From: a virus
Strand: one strand, 5' to 3'
Virus record (IMG/VR): IMGVR_UViG_3300021957_000004
Length of the DNA stretch: 64,000 bases
Below the pieces are notes generated by a model. That model ran no database searches. It worked only from the letters and a program-made list of their open reading frames with translations, and was not told the origin of the DNA. Below, piece after piece: positions 57,577 to 64,000 of this stretch. Each line of letters begins with the position of its first letter. The first letter of the stretch is position 1. A program made the position numbers and the translations under genes.

Positions 57577-58301
57577 AAATGTTTAAAAGATATATCGCAT
57601 TTTTAATTTTATTATGCCCTGTGGTTTTATTTGCCGGAGTAAACGATAACGAAGTTAAGCTTGACCAGGCTGGTGACACACTTAAATTATACATTGACCA
57701 AATAGGTTATGGTAATAAGATTTGTGGAACTATTTCATCTGGAGCTTGTGCTAGTGATTGGACACTAACCGGTAATACCGTAACAATGGATATTGATATG
57801 ATTGGTAATCTAAACCAAATCTTCGGTCCAACCTTATTTGATAGTACTGATGTTGACTTAAAGTTAACTGGTAATAGCAATATATGGGATTGGAACGTAG
57901 GCTATGGTGGAAGTGCTGATAGTTCAACATTAGATGTAGACATTACTGGAAACTCAAATACATTCGATATAGACTGGGCTTATTCAGCTTCAGCCGAAAG
58001 ATTGGATTTTGATTTAGATATTACTGGTAGTTCAAACGTCTGGAATATTGATATTGAAAACGATGATGCAACTTGGAATGTTGATGTTGTAGGAAGTTCG
58101 AATAACTTCTTAACAACCCAATCCGATGGTGCTTATAATTCAATCACTATGGAATACATAGGTTCGAATGGAGACATCGATATATTACAATCTTCAGGTA
58201 CATGCCCAACGGGTATATCTGGATGTTACGGAGTTATAAATGCAGATTTTGATTCAGAGAATGCAATTATTGACATTAAGCAAAAAGATACTGGCGACTA
58301 G
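57573..58301 (+). CDS. Secreted curlin-like beta-solenoid protein
   Basis: Signal peptide; repeated IDQ.G..N and ITG.SN units. Confidence 0.7.
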   Translation: MKMFKRYIAFLILLCPVVLFAGVNDNEVKLDQAGDTLKLYIDQIGYGNKICGTISSGACASDWTLTGNTVTMDIDMIGNLNQIFGPTLFDSTDVDLKLTGNSNIWDWNVGYGGSADSSTLDVDITGNSNTFDIDWAYSASAERLDFDLDITGSSNVWNIDIENDDATWNVDVVGSSNNFLTTQSDGAYNSITMEYIGSNGDIDILQSSGTCPTGISGCYGVINADFDSENAIIDIKQKDTGD

Positions 58302-59403
58302 TTTATTAGTTAGTTCTTTTGCTTTTGCAGATAATATTGGTGATATAACAGAACACAAGGGCAGTGGTGGGATTACTCGCGAAGGTGAGAGCTTTACCAC
58401 TGAACTTGGACTAGGTGTTCAACAACTGGACGCAATTGAAACGGCTAAAGGTCGGATTAAATTGACATTCCTAGATGATACAGTATTAAGGTTAGTAGAA
58501 CACACAGAGGTTATACTAACTGAATACTATTTTGATCCAAATAATACTAAGAAAAATACTCTTGGTATGAAGTTTGTATCAGGTACTGCACGATTCGCTA
58601 CGGGCGGATTAGGATTAGTACCAAAAGAGAATATAGTAATAACAACCCCAACAGCTACCATAGCAGTTAGGGGAACAGATTTTACTACTACTGTGGATGA
58701 ATTAGGCCGAAGTTTAGTTATACTTCTACCGGAAACAGAATGTACAATCGATGGAGATTGTTCACCATCTGGATCTATCACAGTAACAAATGAAGGCGGT
58801 ACAGTAGCTTTAACCGAAGCATACCAAGCAACAATGGTATCAAGCTTTGATAAAATACCTACACAGCCCGTTACATTAGATAATATAAATTTAAATATGA
58901 TAGACAATATGTTTATCGTTTCTCCACCCCAGGAAATAAAAGAGGTGGTAGAAGAAGAAAGTAAAGGCTCAGACACTAGTACTTCTTTACTAGATTTTAC
59001 TGAGCTAGATCAGGATTTATTAAAAGAAGAATGGGAAGAAGAAGATTTAGAATATACTGAACTTGATATGGATCTATTGGATGTAGATTTCTTACAAGAT
59101 GTTTTAGTTGCTATTGAAGAAGTTAATATATTAAAACGTAGTACTCAGTCAGCTAACAATTCATCAGGTACAGCTGATATTCAAGGAACCATTTTAGGCT
59201 TTGATAAAGATACACAATATAATACTATCATAGATCAAGGTATGGGACAGATATGGTTTTATAGAGAGGTGAATGGAATCATTTCTGTAAAAATACCTAT
59301 AGATAGTAACACAACATTAAGGAGCGAGAATGAGGGGAAAGAAAACCTTATCACTGTTGGCGATGGTCAGTCTATCGTTATCGTCATACGTCAAGGCGGG
59401 TGA
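58261..59403 (+). CDS. FecR-domain protein
   Basis: Signal peptide, D.IET..G, FLDDT, TPTATIAVRGTDF. Confidence 0.85.
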   Translation: MQLLTLSKKILATSLLVSSFAFADNIGDITEHKGSGGITREGESFTTELGLGVQQLDAIETAKGRIKLTFLDDTVLRLVEHTEVILTEYYFDPNNTKKNTLGMKFVSGTARFATGGLGLVPKENIVITTPTATIAVRGTDFTTTVDELGRSLVILLPETECTIDGDCSPSGSITVTNEGGTVALTEAYQATMVSSFDKIPTQPVTLDNINLNMIDNMFIVSPPQEIKEVVEEESKGSDTSTSLLDFTELDQDLLKEEWEEEDLEYTELDMDLLDVDFLQDVLVAIEEVNILKRSTQSANNSSGTADIQGTILGFDKDTQYNTIIDQGMGQIWFYREVNGIISVKIPIDSNTTLRSENEGKENLITVGDGQSIVIVIRQGG

Positions 59404-60142
59404 TGAACACAACCACGTAGAAATAGACCAAGTTAGTTCTAGTGATAACTTTAACCTGACTATAGAACAGATCGGGTATGAAACCCATGCAAGATTCTCT
59501 TTTGACCACAATAACAATACTGTAAATCTTTTACAATCAGGAAACAATATGTATTTTGGATATTCAGATGCATGGGGTTCTGGTTATAGTTGGGGTGGGG
59601 ATTTAGATGGATTACGTAATGAGATAGATGTAAGACAAAAATGTTCTGTGACTGTTTGTAATGCTAATGATTTCCAATTTCACGTTTGGGGTGATGACAA
59701 TAAAGTCGTATTCGGACAAGGATATGAAAACAATAATAGTACTACACCAAACTGGAATTATGACGGGACAGAGCCAGGTGGAAATTTTGTTAGATTAGAT
59801 ATTCACGGGGACAATAACGAATTTAAGGGAAGTCAAAAGCAGGATACGAATACTATATCCCATTCTATAATAGCAAATATATACACTGATAATAATGATG
59901 TATACGTTAAACAAATGCAAAATGGAAACAAATCATTTACTCTTACAATTAGAAATTCGCATGGTAATGAAGTTGACGTTGTACAGAAAAATGACGGAGC
60001 TCATACAGCAACAGTAAATTTATTAGGATCACAGCCAACAGATTTATCTTTAACACAATCAGGTAGTACAACCCAATCATATACGTTATCCCAAAATTGC
60101 GTGACAGTTGGTGGTTGTAGTATATCAGTAACACAGAATTAG
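59330..60142 (+). CDS. Secreted curlin-like repeat protein
   Basis: Signal peptide; IEQIG, LLQSG, LTQSG, HGDNN units; N/Q/G-rich. Confidence 0.7.
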   Translation: MRGKKTLSLLAMVSLSLSSYVKAGDEHNHVEIDQVSSSDNFNLTIEQIGYETHARFSFDHNNNTVNLLQSGNNMYFGYSDAWGSGYSWGGDLDGLRNEIDVRQKCSVTVCNANDFQFHVWGDDNKVVFGQGYENNNSTTPNWNYDGTEPGGNFVRLDIHGDNNEFKGSQKQDTNTISHSIIANIYTDNNDVYVKQMQNGNKSFTLTIRNSHGNEVDVVQKNDGAHTATVNLLGSQPTDLSLTQSGSTTQSYTLSQNCVTVGGCSISVTQN

Positions 60143-60164
60143 TATTGCATAGTATAACACTTTT

Positions 60165-62012
60165 ATGAAATATATAACAACGATTTGGACAAGTATTGCA
60201 CTTTGTATTGCACTTTTAGGCATAAGAGTTTTAGACCCAGTTTTAGTAGAACAATTAAGATTAAATAGTTTCGATCAATATATTCAGAGCTTACCCGACA
60301 AGGAATCCGATGTTGTTCTACTATCATTCGGAGAAGAAACTCTAGCTACATATGGCCAATACCCTTTTCCAAGACATACCTACGCACAACTGATATCAGA
60401 TCTAAGAGCTGCTAACGCTGGGATGATTGGGTTTACTATTATGTTTCCAGAAGCAGATAGGTTTGGTGGTGATGAGGTATTTATTTCCTGGGTAAACAAT
60501 AACGGAGTCATTCTCGCGCAAGACGCGTCCTCTCGCGGGCGCTCGGATACGGCCCCGTACGTGGGTACGGCCACGCTCGGCGAGGGCGACGCGTACGACT
60601 TTGTTCCTAAATATAGTGGGTTAGTAACAAATATAAAAGAATTAGAAGACGCTGCATGGGGTGTAGGATTAATAAATGCAGGTCAAGAAGTAGATAATAT
60701 AACAAGACGGATTCCTTTATTGTCCCAAATAAACGGACAGTTATATCCATCAATGCCTTTAGAAATCATAAGAGTAATACAAGATAAAAAGTCTTATTCA
60801 CTAAAAGCAAACTATGATGGTATAGAAAATGTAATGATTCCACCATATGAACCTATTCAAACAGATTACAATAGTTCTATATGGTTAAATATGAATTATA
60901 CTCATAAAGAATATGAATACGGTAAAGATGTATTACCTAATCTTCAAGGTCAAACAGTCTTGGTTGGTCTAACAGCAAGTGGCCTTGCTTCTCAAATACC
61001 AACTCCTCAAGGTTTGTTCTCTGCTCACCAATTGCAGGCGTCGGCACTTCAGACTGTGATAGATGGGAATTCGATATCTCGTCCTGGTTGGACATACTTA
61101 GTTGAATTGTTAGCTCTCGCCATAGGATCGGTTCTGATTGTTCTAGGGATATATCAGATGTCTGTCTTGACAGGTGCTGTATTCTCCGCCGTGATCGTGC
61201 TTGGCTACTCTGTATATGTTTGGTACGTCTGGACCTCAATGGGTATACTCCTTGATCTAACCTATCCTATAATAGTATATATACTTTCTTTTTCCTCAGC
61301 CGCATTTAATAATTTTTATATACAATTTAAATTAAGACAACAGATTAAAGGTCAATTCTCTACATACCTTTCTCCAGATATGGTTAACATGCTAGTCAAA
61401 GATCCTAGCTTAATGAAGCTCGGTGGTGATAGAAAAGAAATGACATTCCTCTTTATGGATATATGTGGTTTTACCCCTATCTCGGAATACTATAAGAACA
61501 ATGATGATCCAGAAGGATTAGTAGAATTAGTCAATGAATTCCTAGATGCTATGACTACTATCATCTTATCCAACGGCGGAACCATCGATAAATATATGGG
61601 TGACTGTATAATGGCATTTTGGAATGCTCCATTACCTTGTAAGAACCATGCTGAAATGGCAGTTAAGTCAGCAATAGAAATAGAAGAAAAAACAAATGAA
61701 CTTAAAGAACTTTATAAAGAACGTGGCCTTCCCGATATTAACGTTGGCACTGGTGTTAACACCGGCGATTGCATTGTTGGTAATATGGGTAGTAAATCCA
61801 GATTTGATTATTCGGTCATTGGAGATGCAGTCAACCTTGCCGCCAGGCTCGAGGCTACCGCGGCTCGTCATGAGTATGTAGAATACAAAACCATTATATC
61901 ATCCTTCACACAACAACTTCTTCCTCAGGGTTATGTCTCTCATAACATCGGAACCATCAAGGTTAAGGGTAAAGAAGAAGAAATCACTATATATTCCCCT
62001 AAAAAGAAATAG
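60165..62012 (+). CDS. CHASE2-domain class III adenylate/guanylate cyclase
   Basis: YPFPR CHASE2 motif, TM cluster, FMDICGFT, DKYMGDCIMAFW, GDAVNLAARLE, VKGK. Confidence 0.93.
   Translation: MKYITTIWTSIALCIALLGIRVLDPVLVEQLRLNSFDQYIQSLPDKESDVVLLSFGEETLATYGQYPFPRHTYAQLISDLRAANAGMIGFTIMFPEADRFGGDEVFISWVNNNGVILAQDASSRGRSDTAPYVGTATLGEGDAYDFVPKYSGLVTNIKELEDAAWGVGLINAGQEVDNITRRIPLLSQINGQLYPSMPLEIIRVIQDKKSYSLKANYDGIENVMIPPYEPIQTDYNSSIWLNMNYTHKEYEYGKDVLPNLQGQTVLVGLTASGLASQIPTPQGLFSAHQLQASALQTVIDGNSISRPGWTYLVELLALAIGSVLIVLGIYQMSVLTGAVFSAVIVLGYSVYVWYVWTSMGILLDLTYPIIVYILSFSSAAFNNFYIQFKLRQQIKGQFSTYLSPDMVNMLVKDPSLMKLGGDRKEMTFLFMDICGFTPISEYYKNNDDPEGLVELVNEFLDAMTTIILSNGGTIDKYMGDCIMAFWNAPLPCKNHAEMAVKSAIEIEEKTNELKELYKERGLPDINVGTGVNTGDCIVGNMGSKSRFDYSVIGDAVNLAARLEATAARHEYVEYKTIISSFTQQLLPQGYVSHNIGTIKVKGKEEEITIYSPKKK
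60513..60599. other. Largest CpG-rich island, inside the cyclase gene
   Basis: 25 of 29 consecutive codons end in G/C; contains CCTCTCGCGGGCG. Confidence 0.85.
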
Positions 62013-62015
62013 TTT

Positions 62016-62076
62016 CGTCACAATCTCGTGAACTTTGCAAAAAAAGGTTTACATCCATGCTGTTTTACGGTATAAT
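62016..62076 (+). promoter_or_regulatory. Early promoter with GTCAC-N6-GTGAA element
   Basis: GTCAC 62017, GTGAA 62028, GTTTAC 62047, TATAAT 62071. Confidence 0.85.
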
Positions 62077-62105
62077 ACACCTATATTCAACAAAAAGGAG
62101 TTAAT

Positions 62106-62201
62106 ATGAAAACATTAAAAAAGCACGGATTACTAGATTCTGATTTTCTAGGGCCAATGATTACTTTGGCAGTATTTCTAATTATAGGAGAGATAGTATA
62201 A
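62106..62201 (+). CDS. 31-aa single-TM early peptide, not in ORF track
   Basis: AAGGAG SD; MKTLKKHGLLDSDFLGPMITLAVFLIIGEIV; stop overlaps the next ATG. Confidence 0.6.
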   Translation: MKTLKKHGLLDSDFLGPMITLAVFLIIGEIV

Positions 62202-62641
62202 TGAAAATAATATTTGACGTAGACGGAACACTTTTGGATATCGAACACAGAAGACATTTCGTAGAAGGTCCTAATAAAGACTGGGATACATTTATGGATC
62301 CAGCAGAAATGTTTAAGGACATTCCAAATCAACCAGTAGTTGATATAGCCATAGCTATGGAAAAAGCTGGACATGAAATAATCGTAGTTTCAGCAAGAAA
62401 CGAAAGACATAGAACAGTTACAGAAAACAGTCTTAACAGTGCTGGTGTATTTAGATCAGCTCTTTTTCTAAGACCAGATGGTGACTTTAGAACAGATAGT
62501 GAATTTAAGCAAGAAGTTCTTGACAGTCTTATTGCTAACGATTGGAAACCTGATTTGGTCTTCGATGACAGAAATCAAGTGGTTAACATGTGGAGACAAA
62601 ACGGTCTTACATGTGTACAAGTTGCAGAAGGTGACTTCTAA
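62201..62641 (+). CDS. Stand-alone PseT-type polynucleotide 3'-phosphatase (HAD)
   Basis: FDVDGTL, VSAR, FK, FDDR.QVV.MWR..G..C.QVAEGDF. Confidence 0.85.
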   Translation: MKIIFDVDGTLLDIEHRRHFVEGPNKDWDTFMDPAEMFKDIPNQPVVDIAIAMEKAGHEIIVVSARNERHRTVTENSLNSAGVFRSALFLRPDGDFRTDSEFKQEVLDSLIANDWKPDLVFDDRNQVVNMWRQNGLTCVQVAEGDF

Positions 62642-62705
62642 GATGGGACGAGTGGGTGTAATGCGTAAGGCTTTAAATAGCGAACCGTTTCCCAGAATCC
62701 TTTCT

Positions 62706-62781
62706 TGTGACGTAACTGTGACAATTCGTGACGAAATAGTCACAAAAAAAGGTTTACAAACTACCAAAACTACGGTATAAT
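62706..62781 (+). promoter_or_regulatory. Early promoter with four phased GTSAC repeats
   Basis: GTGAC 62707, 62718, 62728; GTCAC 62739; GTTTAC 62752; TATAAT 62776. Confidence 0.85.
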
Positions 62782-62812
62782 ACATACATCATTTAAAAAT
62801 TAAGGAGTTAAA

Positions 62813-63313
62813 ATGAAATTAGTAATTAACACACAATATAGAGAAAACTACGCGGCTCATGACGAAGATTATGTTCACGGTGTTTCTGAAGCATATTGGA
62901 AATTCAAAGGCGGTACTACTTACGTGGTTCCTAATTTTACGGATTCCGTAAACATCACAGAGGTTATGAAAAACCTTACTACTCTTATCGAGTACGGTAA
63001 TGCTGGTTCAGAGGAATATATCCTCGGTTACGAAATCTTTGAAGATAACGCAAAGGTCTGTGAAAACTGGGAAACTGTTACTCAGGTATTTTATAATACG
63101 GATAATGTTACTGCTCTTAAGGTTACAGATAACCGCGAAGATGGTTGGATGAGATCAGAGATCTTGGAAAAGACCGAAGCTTGGACTATGCTTCCTGAAT
63201 CAAAAAGAGGAAAATATGCAGCATCTTACCTAATGCGTGATGGTGACATTTGTGAAAGCCAAAAAGATCTTGAAAACTGGTTCGATACATGCGGCCAAGT
63301 GGAGGTAGTATAA
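62813..63313 (+). CDS. Early hypothetical protein
   Basis: TAAGGAG SD; TQYRENYAAH...YWKFKGG. Confidence 0.7.
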   Translation: MKLVINTQYRENYAAHDEDYVHGVSEAYWKFKGGTTYVVPNFTDSVNITEVMKNLTTLIEYGNAGSEEYILGYEIFEDNAKVCENWETVTQVFYNTDNVTALKVTDNREDGWMRSEILEKTEAWTMLPESKRGKYAASYLMRDGDICESQKDLENWFDTCGQVEVV

Positions 63314-63540
63314 TGAGAATTAGTACCTATTTAATGACTGTCGATCCTTTAGATGCAGGCGGTATGCTAGAATTAGAAACCATTAGAAAAGCTTTAAAGA
63401 TCGCAGGTAATGTATTTGGTCTACACGTAAGAGGAAGAGGACCAAGAAAAGAAGCTGGTCTAAAAGATGGTAAAAATTATACATCGTATTTACCTCTTAG
63501 ACATGCAACAAGATACGATGTTTATTTAAGGAGAAGATAA
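63313..63540 (+). CDS. Early hypothetical protein
   Basis: GGAGG SD; RGRGPRK. Confidence 0.6.
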   Translation: MRISTYLMTVDPLDAGGMLELETIRKALKIAGNVFGLHVRGRGPRKEAGLKDGKNYTSYLPLRHATRYDVYLRRR

Positions 63541-63734
63541 TGGAAAGATATTTAATAACAACAGAGTCATACGTATATGCTAAAGACGAGAAAGCTGCAA
63601 AGTCACTCGCAGGATATATTCAAGGCAAACAAAGAAAGTCATATGACAACCAATGTCATGTAACAAAATTAGAGTACGCCCCGTTTGGTGGTGGATTCTC
63701 AGACAAGAATTTAATCGAAGGAGAGATACTATAA
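63540..63734 (+). CDS. Early hypothetical protein
   Basis: Coupled ORF. Confidence 0.6.
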   Translation: MERYLITTESYVYAKDEKAAKSLAGYIQGKQRKSYDNQCHVTKLEYAPFGGGFSDKNLIEGEIL

Positions 63735-64000
63735 TGCATCAGTCCAAATATAGGGTATCAGTTAACAAAGTTAATAATGGTGTTCAACACATATATTCAT
63801 TTCCAAATGGTTATGGAGCTAGTGTAATTAAACATGATGGTAGCTATGGTGGTAACCTAGGACTATGGGAATTAGCTGTATTAGATGATGAAGGATCTTT
63901 ATGTTATTCTACACCTATTACATCTGATGTTATAGGACATCTTTCCGATGAGGAAGTTATTTTGAAATTAAATGAAATTAGGGGTTTACAAACATCGTAA
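63734..64000 (+). CDS. Conserved phage hypothetical protein
   Basis: FPNGYGASVI...SYGG..GLWELAVL...TPITSDVIGHL; -35 of the next promoter at 63984. Confidence 0.7.
   Translation: MHQSKYRVSVNKVNNGVQHIYSFPNGYGASVIKHDGSYGGNLGLWELAVLDDEGSLCYSTPITSDVIGHLSDEEVILKLNEIRGLQTS

Noticed and set aside
62642-62700. Pistol or twister ribozyme (contains TAAATAG)
   Set aside because: Required stems and pseudoknot could not be found
62706-62744. CRP site linking the phage adenylate cyclase to early promoters
   Set aside because: TGTGA/TCACA half-sites are present but not in the TGTGA-N6-TCACA geometry; reported only as phased GTNAC repeats
537-62785. Minus-strand and alternate-frame ORFs in the track (e.g. 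3657-4016, 13363-13776, 58527-58976, 62478-62780)
   Set aside because: They are shadows of well-supported + strand genes, with no SD, promoter or recognisable motifs

Overview
This 64 kb window is part of an AT-rich, densely coded T4-like myophage genome, with essentially all genes on the + strand. It is probably marine, and bS21, IscU and the porin point to a proteobacterial, likely gammaproteobacterial, host. It holds the T4 replication/recombination core: uvsW, gp55, gp47/46, gp45/44/62, regA, gp43, uvsX, gp41, ligase, rnh and nrdAB. It also carries tRNA-Ala(TGC), about 17 T4-type early promoters (GTTTAC-N18-TATAAT) and several TATAAATA-type late promoters. Host-type accessory genes include bS21, Hsp20, GroES, a TorF-like porin, cytochrome c, AhpC and IscU/IscA. 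The most notable observations are: (1) a probable pyrimidine hypermodification operon (Nmad1, a dCMP-type thymidylate-synthase homologue, an AsnB-like amidotransferase and dCMP deaminase, with an atypical methyltransferase, a nuclease and a UDG-like gene nearby); (2) about a dozen short CpG-rich islands written into synonymous codons of AT-rich genes, three sharing CTCTCGCGGGYG; (3) a late cluster of proteins with T4-like capsid-targeting N-termini, including a ligase-fold and a HIGH nucleotidyltransferase; (4) a late CsgF/CsgG/curlin-like/FecR/CHASE2-adenylate cyclase module; (5) phased GTNAC repeats at a subset of early promoters, a ROSE-like thermometer on hsp20, an antisense early promoter, and several leaderless genes. 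All calls come from motif reading and gene order; no database search was run.
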